A stretch of 47,557 nt of DNA from Phoronis australis (lineage: Eukaryota > Animalia > Phoronida): the NCBI GenBank assembly GCA_002633005.1, contig NMRA01000021.1, positions 483,112 to 530,668 on the forward strand, in the 5' to 3' direction. A model generated the notes under the pieces. It was not told the DNA's origin, did not search any database, and worked only from the letters and a program-made list of their open reading frames with translations. The stretch's first letter is position 1. Every line of letters starts with the position of its first letter. This document shows, piece after piece, positions 1-11,150 of the stretch. Made by a program: the position numbers and the translations under genes.

Positions 1-318
1 CTAACATCTTCACTAGTATATTATACCAAATACCCTGTACATCTAACATCTTCACTAGTATATTATAGCAAATACCCTGTACATCTAACATCTTCACTAG
101 TATATTATAGCAAATACCCTGTACATCTAACATCTTCACTAGTATATTATACCAAATACCCAGTACATCTAACATCTTTACTAGTATATTATACCAAATA
201 CCCAGTACATCTAACATCTTTACTAGTATATTATACCAAATACCCTGTACATCTAACATCTTTACTAGTATATTATACCAAATACCCTGTACATCTAACA
301 TCTTTACTAGTATATTAT
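1..318. repeat. 42-bp minisatellite, about 7.5 copies, running off the window start (DCTN6 intron 6)
   Basis: Unit CTAACATCTT(C/T)ACTAGTATATTATA(C/G)CAAATACCC(T/A)GTACAT repeats with period 42. Confidence 0.97.
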
Positions 319-653
319 TCTGGTGGGCTCTTCTTACTCACACTCCTCAGTTTCTACGTAAACTAGAAACGGTTCAAAAATGATTGGCTAATGCCATGCA
401 TCTCATGTCAGTCAACACTGCTGACCTATAATAACGCCTTCTCGTTGCCCAGAATATATGCTTGAACTTTCACCTAGATGTCTAAGGCAATGAAATTTAA
501 TCTCGTGTACAACCCTATGCCACGCCCTTGTAACAAAAACAGAACAGAGTAGAGTTTCCCTGCCTACACAAGCAACTGCCACGCTATATTGCCTTTAGGC
601 ACAGAACCAACCAAGTAATATACAAAGGTCAATGACAACACACAGACACTTAC

Positions 654-796
654 AGGAGGATGTTCAGCTTGCACGCGTCTCTCACACTTTGACCCATATA
701 TTATTGTGTTGGGCTCTAGTTCTTCATTGCTAGTCACCTCACAGAGGGCGCCCACAATGCAGCCTGTAGTCAGCTTGGTTTGCCTACCGACTTTAG
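654..796 (-). CDS. DCTN6: DCTN6 exon 6 (143 nt)
   Basis: Acceptor ttcag, peptide [19 protein letters not shown]...RRVQAEHPP, donor GTAAGT. Confidence 0.93.
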
Positions 797-3700
797 CTGA
801 AACCAAACAATGTTTTGAAATTACTAATGTTGCAGTTTGCCACATCTATACACACAAGTTGGTAACTCTGTACAATTTTAAACAAAAATAATTGCCGAAA
901 TTTTGCGTTTTTCTACTTTTCAAAGGCAGACTACATTGCTCAAATTCCCAAAACTTCGACTAATAATCCAAGTAGGTGAGCTGAGGCCATGTATCATAAC
1001 CTAAATTTTCTTCAAGGTCAACAGAGGAAATGCAAACATAACTGAGTTTTGAGATCCACACACCAGAAAGCAAAAACTGAAGAGAGTTAATCACATTAAC
1101 ATATTATGAATACGCCAACGGCCTTACAACAGAATAATCAATATTTTCAAGACTCCTACATTACAGCTGAAGGCACAAAGCAGTTACAAACTCAACCACA
1201 TCATAACAACTCCTACCTTTGGCCTCAAGAACATTATTATCCCCCACATTCACTGCAGCACAGTCTAGACAAATGGAGTTAAGGTTTGATACTGCCCGTC
1301 ATTTTTTGCAACAGTATTGGCTTTCAGTCACAACAGCACCTCATTAATTGGACAGTTAACCTGTCTCAGGGCTTGTAATGACCCATGATAAAAAAGGAAA
1401 ACTTTCCAGGTGCTATACCATTCTACAAATAAATAGGCTTCTGTGACAGAAATATTTTTGTGTTGTAAAATTTAACTGCAAGAAACATTTTTTGCATGAA
1501 AAAAGTCAAAGTAATGATATAAAAGAGATGAAACTGAACCAAAAGGAGTATACCCTTTTAAAAGGGAAAAATTCCAAGCCCTACAGCCTGGAGGAAATCC
1601 CCAAGCTGTAGAGGTTTAGCAGTTCTTCCAACCTCCTGAGGAAAAACATAAGGCAGATTGGAAGACTTCACTAATGAGATGCCCATGTTGAGGAGTCCCC
1701 ATAAGTCATTACCAGGTGATCAGCAATTTGGCTTAAGCTTTAATTGATTAATTTGTACCAGTATGCCATTGATTGTGTCATGTGACCACGGCTAGTATTA
1801 GTACTTTAATAATGCTGGACAGTTACAGTTTTCTAAATGAATGTAATTTGTTTCAAGCAGTTTCTGATTATTTCTCCTACAAATCCGTAACTTAATTGTT
1901 TATATCACCTGGTGCAAAAAGGCAAACAATAATCACTCTAGAGAAGAGTGCACAAATCATGATATCAGAATTCGTTCGAATCCAATCATACATTTGTGAG
2001 AAAGCCAAATTGTGACATTTCCTTGTGGTTACTGTCGACTGTCATAACTTCACATTTTCACCACGTATTTCTCCTTGTTACGTGACTTGCATGACAACAA
2101 TGATGATTTTGAATAATCCACATGAATATGCAATGATTTACATATTTAAGGTTATATGGGAACTTAACAAAGAGCTTGTGCATTTAGCCAAATACCTACA
2201 AACTATAGATTTAACTCTGTTAAAATGCATATATTGTGTAAAAGTAGAAAGCCTGTAGTTTGTTTGCCTTCATACCAATCGGCCATTAATTGCGTCACAT
2301 GGCCATGACTTTTAATCAAACTTTACAGGTACATTCAGAGCAAAACAGCAGCATCAATAACATGAATCGACCATGTAACTTTCATTTGATATAATTAATG
2401 TTCAAGATCTCAAAAACACATCAGTTACAATATTTTGAATTGTCCTTTCATGTTTGTTTTATGCAACTATGTTCTTTCACGAAAATCCTGAAAGTCCCAA
2501 AGGGCTCCCGACGAAGTGAAACACTTTAAGTACATTCCCAAAGGGCTCCCGACGAAGTGAAACACTTTAAGTACATTCCAAACGGCACTTTAGAGAACAG
2601 TGCATAAAGTACAGCATTGAAAAATTTCATTTGAATCTGATCAGCCATCTCCAAGACATGATGTTCAAAAGTTAGCCAAATTTGGAATTTTTCTGTCTCA
2701 CATCACCTATAGTCATATTATGCACACAACATGACTGAAGAAAATAGTACCACTTCAATATTGGGATATGTATGTGGTGACTATTGATTTATGAAAAATG
2801 AAAAATAATCGGAGATTTGAAAATGAAAAAGTATTACTATTCTAGTTTTCCATGACTATACCCGAACAGAGCTCATATGCAGCACTTTTGGCGCATTGAA
2901 CTGTCTTGAAACTTGTTTTTAAAATGTTTAATCTCTATGTAAAGATGCAGGCTTTTGGGCAAGAATTCTGTACAGTCATGTACTGTCACAGTATAATGCA
3001 GCATCAATATGACAAAGCAAGATAAGATGAAACTTTTCAATATAGGACAAAAGTTGAGCGCAAAAATACCCATTTTTGCTATTTTTCAGAGGCTTGCTAC
3101 ATGACTGGGAATACTCAAATGTTTGCAAAATGTTGTTTGTTGACAGCTATAATACACAAACTAGAAAGCAAAGCAAAATTTCCTGAATTTTTTTGAGAAA
3201 TTTGATGAAATGAAATTTCACTCATCCATCATCTTCTGTCCCAAACTGAATATATTGTCTTTACTATACTTCGGGTGAAAAAAGTTTGCAACTGTAACAT
3301 ACTAGAAATGCTTGATGCTCACAACTTGATGAAGTTTGCAGGTGTAAGATCTCTAGCTAGCTAGTGGCAGGACTTAAGACAAGAATTAGCGACATCTATG
3401 TGTTCTACCAAAAGAACTGCTGGCGCCAGCTACAAAATCAACACTACAAGAATCAATATGTGCAAATCCCCACAAAGGATACAAGAGTTGACTTCGAACA
3501 CATTATTGTTGCCAATAATCATGACCACCTGTGTCCCTCCATCCCCGTCATCATCAGGACGCCTGTAAGACAATACCCAAGACTATCATACACATACATA
3601 GGAAATGACGCGTTTTTTAAAAAGTGTTTTGAACATTACATGCTCAAGTGCCTATGCCTACATACCATTGGTTAACGGCACATATTAAACACCATTCCTT

Positions 3701-6700
3701 TGAACAAGAGTGGCATTTTAATTTTCCTTTAAAAGAGTCTAAGCAAAATGAGATATTGATGGCTGCTATGCATTGAGTTGAATAAAAACTAATGGGCAAT
3801 GCCAAATTGTCCATTAAGCTAACTAAGGGCTGTTCCAGTAAAATCTGTATGGGAGGGGGGGGAAGGCACCTTTTTTTCGCACCCACCACCCATACTTTTC
3901 ATTTATTTCTTCAGCCTACCACCCGTAATTTTTTATAAGTTTGAAATGCAACCACCTGTAATTTTTTTTTGTTCTAGACTTGTGGTTGACTGCACAGGCG
4001 CTTGAGTTTATCTGTTCCTCCATCACCACTAACGTCATTCATTACTAAGAAAACATGTTTCTTATATATGGTTATTAGCCATCGAGAAATTCGAGCACCT
4101 GTGGTTAAATGGTGTTATGGGCATGCCGATGAGGAGATCGGAGGGAGTGAAAAAGTCAGAGCTTTTTGCAAGTTGCATTTTTGTTTCAGTTTTTGATTCT
4201 GTGTGGATTGTTTATAAAATTTACTAAAATTACCCACCATCAAACATTTATGGTCCAATGAAACAACAACGACCTGTAAATTTATATTTTTGTGAAGTAC
4301 GACCACCAGCCATTTTGAATTTAAATCAAATGCAACCACTCATAAATTTTTATTTCAGTTGCCTTCCCCCCCCCTCCCACACAGATTTTGCTGGAACAGC
4401 CCTAAGATACAGCTTAGGAGCCCAGCCAAAATAGCGGCGACAGACTTTTTAAAGCTTAGTGGCCCAAGAAACCTTAATCCATCACTGCCATGGGGTTGTT
4501 TTCCTATAAATGTGGAATGTATTACCAAATCCAATCCACTGTCAGTAAACACACAATAGCATGCTTATAACAGTGAACGTTGCATTTCAAATATTTTGGT
4601 GATTCACCAGAAATACAGTAAAATATACCTATGATTGGACCTTTTTTGCCAAAATTCACCATTTTTATTATTCAACATATAAAATAAATCTTAAACTAAA
4701 TAAGGTGATCCAGATCCTCCCAAGGATACTATTGTTTCACGAAATGTAGAATATAAATAGGTAAATAAAACAACAAGAATGGATCAACTGAAATTTTCGG
4801 ATGTAATAACGTCCCTTGTCAACACACTCAAAATTTCACAAAACATAGTCTGACGGTTGCTATGGTGTAGACCTTAAAATGATAAAGCACTTATATGAAG
4901 CCAGTTACTTTCACCAAAAAATAAATTTCCCTTGTCTGCCATATTCTGTCCTAAAGTGGTGAAATTTCACTATAGAGGGCTTTGTGAAAATGGCTGATGT
5001 CTGTCTAATCACATGTCCTTTAATAATCCATGAGAACAAACCTATTTACTATCTGCGCCTGTTCCTCAATCAGATTATTTTCGCCAATGATGATAGGACC
5101 AGCTTCGGCAATAATTCGTGCTTTGGGATGAATCACCGTTTTGGCACCTGTTCAATAAATGCAATATAAGCAAGTAGAAAACCACCCAGGAAGAAGTGGG
5201 AGAAAAGCAAGGTGCAAATTAGGTCACTAAAACAAGGTGCAAATTAGGTCAGTAAATCTGTGAGAAAGGAAATTTTCATGTCGTTATTGTCAGAATACCC
5301 TTTCACTAAGGCTGTGATCAAAAATAAGAAAGCAGTGTTATTTAGAAAACAGTGCTATCTAGAAAACTGATTTTCGTGGATGGATCGTTTCAAAAGCAAC
5401 AGCAAGGATATAGATCTGTGTCAACAATCATATTAAATTCTTGCTTAATCACTCCCATCTTTATTGGTTTACATTTAAATTGTTGACAAGTGAAGACATT
5501 CAGGGCTCGACGTTATTAAAATCGCCAGGTCGCATTTTGCGACCTAGCCAAAATCCCAGGTTGCATTTTCAAAATCCAGCTCGCATTCGTAAATGCCAGG
5601 TCGCAAAATTTTCCCGCCATTTTTACGCGCCAAAATAGATTTTTTAGATCATCTAGAAAATGTTTAGATTATGCTCTTATCTGCAGCGTTAAATACTCAC
5701 AAATTTCGGATCTCAAAATTGACTTCATTCATGCAGGTACGGCCTTACTGTTCTTCACGACCGCCATTGAAAGACTCTAGAGCGCAAGGCAAGTTGCCGG
5801 CGTGAAAGTTGAATCAGTGCTCTCTAACTGACTTGTGCATTCGAGTAGCTAAATTTGCGATGTGAAAAGGGAGAAAATGCCCGTTGAAAAAGTATCCGGG
5901 ATTTTGTTAGATCTGGTCTGCTACTGGCCGTCATCAAAGTCGTTAACGATTCAAACTAACTCGGGTAATCGCGAGTTTGCTCTTCAATACTCTCCAAGTA
6001 CGGGAAAAATAGGTCAGTCGCAAAACGACACGCACGTCACTAGTGTTAACTTTCTTTCCGAGGTATAAAACAAAGCCGGGATTTGGTTTTTACATATTGT
6101 GAAAAGACGTTTTTGAAAACTGAAGTTGTGTAAAATGAAAGTGACACACACCATATAAGCTGCGTGTCAATTTTAAACCACACGCGGTCGTTTGTAGTGC
6201 GCAATGATGGGCGCTAGCTTGAACTGTGGGCGCTTAATTGGAAATTCTAAAAATTTAAGGGGGGACTTTTAATAGATCAGTGAGCGCTTATTATGAAACA
6301 CTTTAAAGGTAGGGAGTAAGCTTGTGCGTGAGCATAGTCGTTAACCTCAGTGTTTGCGGTAATAAGATATTAAAACGCTGCAATGGTAAGAAACGTTATA
6401 ATAATACGATTTTGCGAGGCAAACTCCATCTCGTAGGGGTGACTTCTGGATATCGTTACCACCTACATTGTACCCTTTTTAGCCACCCGGAATGATTTTG
6501 TTTTTAACTGCCCGCTTCAGCCGGAACAAGGTTGTTTCTATAGGAGTCTGAACATTTTACGGCGACGGTGGTTAGGGGAGCGAAAAGTTGCCGAGGGGGG
6601 GGGGGGGTGTATAAAGAGAAGAATGAAAAGTTCGCTAACTTGAACCACAATTTCGCATCTAGTGCCAGTTTAGTTGCAATAACTGGCTACGGGCATAGAA

Positions 6701-8114
6701 TACAGGATTTACAGAACATCGACCTCGGGAAACATCGGAGCAGGAAAACGTCAGTTCTCGGGGTTATATCGGTCCCGGTACATCGGGTCTTTTATAACCG
6801 CTGGGAATCTGAGTTTATTTTCAAATAAACCAGAGCCAAGCCGGTATACTCTTCATTTAGGGCAGTCGCTGTTCTTTGAAGTGGTGCGCGCGCGTGAGTT
6901 CGCGCACTTGAATCGCTGGAGTAGGCCTACACTTTACGTTGGCAACGAACGGGTGAAAGACAAATCATATTTCGCGCACGTAGCCCCAGAAACAAGTAAG
7001 GGGTTTGAGAATTTCTTGGCAACTGAAAGTAAAGACGTGACCGTCGTTTGGCAATTAATAAGGTTGTCATTTTCACTTTGGCTGTCTTAATACGATAAAA
7101 AGCAGAAGCACATCTCAGTCTAAGTCACGATTGTGTGCCGGGACCGCTTGCGCGCTAACGGTGCCGCAGTGCGGTATCAGGGATATTGTCGTGGATATTT
7201 GGTACATGTAATAAGGACATCTTATGCGAAAAATAAACATTTTTGTCCACCACAAAGTTTGGTAAGTTAATCGCTTAAGAATTAGTAGAAACACCGTTGT
7301 TTTGTGAAGTTTTATCACGTGTTAAGCAGTGGCCCGAAACTTTCTTCGGCAAATCCGGGAATTTACAAAAGTGGCCGAAAGAGTTAGCCAATGATACGCG
7401 TCGAAGATCGATACTGCATATCCCATGTTCACGCGACTTGCTTACAAGTCATCGGGAGGGCTGTCCCCGTTAGTGCTGTTTTGAACTTGGATTTGGCAGC
7501 GACCAAATAACGGTCGGATTAACAAGAGCTGTTTTGTATTTGCCAGGTATCTGTTGAGAAGTGTAAAAACTCAGCTCGCATTCGTTGGAAATTCCAGGTC
7601 GCATTTTGCGACTTGATACGAGCTGACAAAAATCTCAGCTCGCATTTCCAAATTTCAGGTCGCAAATGCGACCTGCAGCTCGTTATGTCGAGCCCTGACA
7701 TTTCAAATTTAGATTCAACACCAGCAATCACAGCTTACCGTAAAATTTTGTTGTGAATGAAGGTTTGTGTGGTCTTGTATTTCGTGTTGTTTCGTATGCT
7801 CGTGTTAGTCCATTAGTTTTCGTTAATGGCCGGATGTTGTGAGTGCTAGTGTTGTCACGTGACTGGGGTATGTTTGGAACTGGCTGTCTCTCTCTCTTCG
7901 TCTGGTACTGCTACGAGCAGGATGCCTGCATTTGGTGTTCCTATTCAGCGTATGTATGTTCAAGATTTTGAATGAGTAAAGGTAAAAGCCACATGAGAAC
8001 CTGAAGTGAATGCAATAATTTAATTCATTCACACAAATGCTCTACATACCAATGGTGATTTCTCCGACAAGTTCACATTCAGTACATACAACAGCACCCT
8101 GAGCAACTTTAACT
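654..8114 (-). CDS. DCTN6: Dynactin subunit 6 (p27), partial gene: exons 8050-8114, 5042-5147, 3483-3562, 1217-1264, 654-796
   Basis: Exons join in frame with GT-AG ends to give [147 protein letters not shown]. This is the hexapeptide left-handed beta-helix sequence of DCTN6 as I recall it. First and last coding exons were not found in the window. Confidence 0.95.
1217..1264 (-). CDS. DCTN6: DCTN6 exon 5 (48 nt)
   Basis: Peptide [16 protein letters not shown]; acceptor tctag, donor GTAGGA. Confidence 0.92.
1265..3482 (-). other. U12-type (minor spliceosome) GT-AG intron, DCTN6 intron 4
   Basis: Minus-strand 5' splice site GTATCCTTT at 3482-3474. Branch site CCTTAAC at 1284-1278, about 15 nt from the AG, with no extended polypyrimidine tract. 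Confidence 0.9.
2495..2580. repeat. 41-bp tandem duplication (2 copies)
   Basis: CCCAAAGGGCTCCCGACGAAGTGAAACACTTTAAGTACATT occurs twice in a row. Confidence 0.9.
3483..3562 (-). CDS. DCTN6: DCTN6 exon 4 (80 nt)
   Basis: Peptide [26 protein letters not shown]; acceptor ttacag, U12 donor GTATCCTTT. Confidence 0.92.
3827..4402 (+). mobile_element. PIF/Harbinger-type MITE, copy 1 (DCTN6 intron 3)
   Basis: TIRs GGGCTGTTCCAGTAAAATCTGT...ACAGATTTTGCTGGAACAGCCC with TAA TSD (3824-3826 and 4403-4405). A homologous inverted copy is at 37267-37808. Confidence 0.85.
5042..5147 (-). CDS. DCTN6: DCTN6 exon 3 (106 nt)
   Basis: Peptide [35 protein letters not shown]; acceptor aacag, donor GTTTGT. Confidence 0.94.
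5501..7697. mobile_element. hAT-like non-autonomous DNA transposon with 5-bp TSD (DCTN6 intron 2)
   Basis: TIR CAGGGCTCGAC...GTCGAGCCCTG. Subterminal CAGGTCGCA/CAGCTCGCA motifs at both ends. ACATT directly flanks both sides (5496-5500 and 7698-7702). No transposase ORF. Confidence 0.75.
8050..8114 (-). CDS. DCTN6: DCTN6 exon 2 (65 nt)
   Basis: Peptide [21 protein letters not shown]; acceptor ttacag, donor GTATGT. Confidence 0.93.
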
Positions 8115-9316
8115 CTGTAAACAAAAAACTTCAGTTAGAGATACAGTTGTGATGATGAACAACAATGCCACAGAGATTCTGTGATCAAATTCAACAAAGC
8201 ATTTGATCACTAAATGAGCATAGAGTGGGTTGAAGCAAGGTTGATGGCAGCACTGTGTATTTCATCCACCGAATTACAGGCCCCATTCGGACATTCGGTT
8301 CATTGTCAAAATCAGGGACAACAAATCAGAGACTGATGTAACCGTGGTGAATTCAAAAGAAAACAACAAAGAACTTATGACGATCTCTGTTTATAGACTG
8401 ATGACGATAAGACCATGAAATATAATAAAACACTTCACTCAGTTATATTTATTTTTACGACACAACACAATCAATCTGTAGTAAATGTCGACGTCAGTCT
8501 CGGCTGCAGAGTCTCAACCCTCTGTACCCATGGAGGTGGTTGTTGAGGACATTCCCCAAAGACCTAAGAGGTCCACANTAAAAATTTGCACTGCATTCAA
8601 ATCAAGTTACAATTGAATAAAATAATGTCAATTTTAACCAACCTTTTTAACTACGAGCGATCAGTTTCACCACCCAATAATCAATTAACCCTTCGCATAT
8701 TCCACCTGTTCAGCGACATTAGTTACGGTAAAGGAGAAAATGGTTGATCGCAAGGCCAATAATTACAAAAATCCTTTTCACCGAACAAAAATTTCACCTT
8801 TTTGTCTTAAAGAATATTCAATTCCAAGTTCACGCAGCACTCACTTCCGCTTAATCTTGAGATTAAGCAAGATTCCAAGTTCACGCACAGCGCAGCCACG
8901 TGGCAAGCACTGAAACCTGGGGCTACATCAGTCTTCCTTTTGTGAATTTAGGTCAGAGGTATATATGTATATACAAATGTGTCCCTCTATGATTTTTTGT
9001 GTCACTGATTACAAAAGGGAATTTCTGGTTTCCAAGTAGGTTAAATACCTTTTTGGTAGCCATGAAATTCTGACCTCTTGGTGGCACACTTTCACTAGAG
9101 TAGAGAACCACCCCTCCCTTCTGATGAAATTAACCCAAACAAAAGGCGTTTTTTGGGAAATTTTTTGTCAAAAGGTGAGTTTTTCAAGGAGTTTCTTACA
9201 GATGGGCCCCTTTGCCGGTACTGCGACATAGAGTCCACTCTCTAAATGGGTGTGCATCATAATTTTCCAAATCAGAAGTACCTTCCCGTAGTAGTCTTTA
9301 GACCGTACTGTAGTAA

Positions 9317-9901
9317 ATGTCGACGTCAGCCTTGTCGGTGCTTTACAGGTTGGTAGTAGAACGTGAGGTAAGGGATTGTAGGGACCTTTTTGATCTCTGT
9401 AATCTCTTATGTGGGGCTTATCCCGTGCTACCACGCATGCACGTCGTAGACCTGATGTCTATGGGGTTCATGTGTAGTGCCATGGAATGGTCTCACCCGG
9501 GATCCTTTGAGATTGAGCCCAGGATCAACAGCCCAGCAGCTTGCAGCCACTGGTATGTTGTCCTGGTCTTGATGTCAAGGTTATCGGCTGACGCTCTATC
9601 CGCCTGGATCCACGCCTTTGGCCAGCGCGCAGTGCCCGTGCTGCCCAGAGATATGTGGTCGGGGGGCGCAGGACTTTCAAGTCAAGTGCCACCCAGTTCC
9701 GTAACCCCATCTCCTTCGGGGGGTGGCGTGATGGGACAAGGAGAACGGGCCGGCGCCTCCACATCCTCGGGTGTGGCTGTCGCTAGCACAAGTTCTTCAA
9801 GTGGAGCTGGTTCCGCTGAACCTTCACTTGCTGCTAAGCAGCAGCAAGAGAGTGCTTGGCTGAACAACCTCCACCAGCAGGCTGGCCGTCTGCTTTATTG
9901 A
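9317..9901 (+). CDS. Upstream ORF of the TatD cassette (194 aa), with a globular-looking N-terminal half and a Ser/Gly/Pro-rich tail
   Basis: ATG-initiated, GC-rich ORF containing FEIEPRINSPAACSHWYVVLVLM. Its 3' end overlaps the TatD frame. Function unknown. Confidence 0.5.
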   Translation: MSTSALSVLYRLVVEREVRDCRDLFDLCNLLCGAYPVLPRMHVVDLMSMGFMCSAMEWSHPGSFEIEPRINSPAACSHWYVVLVLMSRLSADALSAWIHAFGQRAVPVLPRDMWSGGAGLSSQVPPSSVTPSPSGGGVMGQGERAGASTSSGVAVASTSSSSGAGSAEPSLAAKQQQESAWLNNLHQQAGRLLY

Positions 9902-10907
9902 AGGCAGCAGGCCACCCTGCCACAACAGGGGGTGAGGGATGCTGGTGCCCGTACCCCCAGATGACGTATGCGGCAAAAGTCCGCAAGCCACCTGGCCGGC
10001 CCCTAAAGGGTGGACGTCCATCTGGGGCTTCGCCGTCCGTGTCCAAAGCTAAATCAGGACCACCTCCTGATTTAGCTATAGATGCCCATTTCCATCTGGA
10101 TCGCTTGTCGGCATCCTGGGCTCAGCGTCATATCACTGAGACTAGCATGTTGACGATCGATCAGATGCTCAGCACCCAGCTGCCACGGGTTTCTCAAAAA
10201 CCTGTGCGGTTGGTTGGTGGGATTGCAGTTTTCTGCGATGTGGAAAACTGGAAGTACGTCGAGGCTTCCCGTTTCCCACATGGCTGGAAGGCTGTAGTGG
10301 GCATCCACCCCAAACGAGTTGGATCAACGAATCCCAGTGTTCTGGAGCGTCTCCCCCAGCTACTAAAGGAGCCCTTTGTAGCTGGCCTTGGTGAGGTCGG
10401 TCTGGAGGCCCGGGAGGACTTGGCCATCCAAAAAGAAGCTTTGGAGGAGATGGTGCGAATCTTTGCGGAGGTTCGGGCCAGCTCCCCCAGCTTCAAAAAT
10501 AAAGTCGTGGTGATCCACCTTCGTGGCTCACCCGACAATCCACGCTTCTTGGAGGGACAAGACTTCGTCTTCGACCTCCTGAAGCGCCACTGTGATGCAG
10601 ACTTGGGTTTGCATCTCCATTGTTTTGGAGGTGCGCCCGAGGATGTACTCCGGTGGACGGGGTTCTTTAGGAACTGCCACTTCGGCTTCGCCGGTCATGT
10701 GCGGCAGTTCTTAAAGTTCCAAAACAAGGGGCTACAAGAGGTTCCGATGAATCGACTCCTCCTGGAGTCCGATTCACCGCACCTCGCCATTGGGCAAGCC
10801 CCAATGGCGCCCCAATACCTGGGCGAAGTAGCTATGGAGGTGGCGCAGCGTTCTCGTCGTCCGCTGCGTGACATCCTGGATGCTTCCACCAGGAATGCCA
10901 GGCGGCT
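9856..10907 (+). CDS. Intronless TatD-family metal-dependent DNase (amidohydrolase fold), running into the assembly gap
   Basis: TatD motifs in order: IDAHFHLD, VGIHPK, LGEVGLE, VVIHLR, LHLHCF, FGFAG, RLLLESDSPH, STRNARRL. The domain spans about 10072-10907 and the first in-frame ATG is at 9961. Confidence 0.85.
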
Positions 10908-11150
10908 NNNNNNNNNNNNNNNNNNNNNNNNNNNNNNNNNNNNNNNNNNNNNNNNNNNNNNNNNNNNNNNNNNNNNNNNNNNNNNNNNNNNNNNNNNNNN
11001 NNNNNNNNNNNNNNNNNNNNNNNNNNNNNNNNNNNNNNNNNNNNNNNNNNNNNNNNNNNNNNNNNNNNNNNNNNNNNNNNNNNNNNNNNNNNNNNNNNNN
11101 NNNNNNNNNNNNNNNNNNNNNNNNNNNNNNNNNNNNNNNNNNNNNNNNNN
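10908..11150. other. Assembly gap
   Basis: Run of N. Confidence 1.

Noticed and set aside
1-318. Regular 40-44-bp repeats here, at 17755-18095 and at 39328-39665 as CRISPR arrays
   Set aside because: The units are head-to-tail with no unique spacers, there are no cas genes, and the context is eukaryotic. They are minisatellites.
1553-1566. 14-bp palindrome CCCTTTTAAAAGGG
   Set aside because: It is low-complexity and isolated, so it is expected by chance.
9525-10889. Several minus-strand ORFs opposite the TatD cassette
   Set aside because: These are shadow ORFs of GC-rich coding sequence with no recognisable motifs.
9856-10907. Naming the TatD ORF TATDN1, TATDN2 or TATDN3
   Set aside because: It is intronless and divergent, so orthology cannot be supported from the sequence alone.
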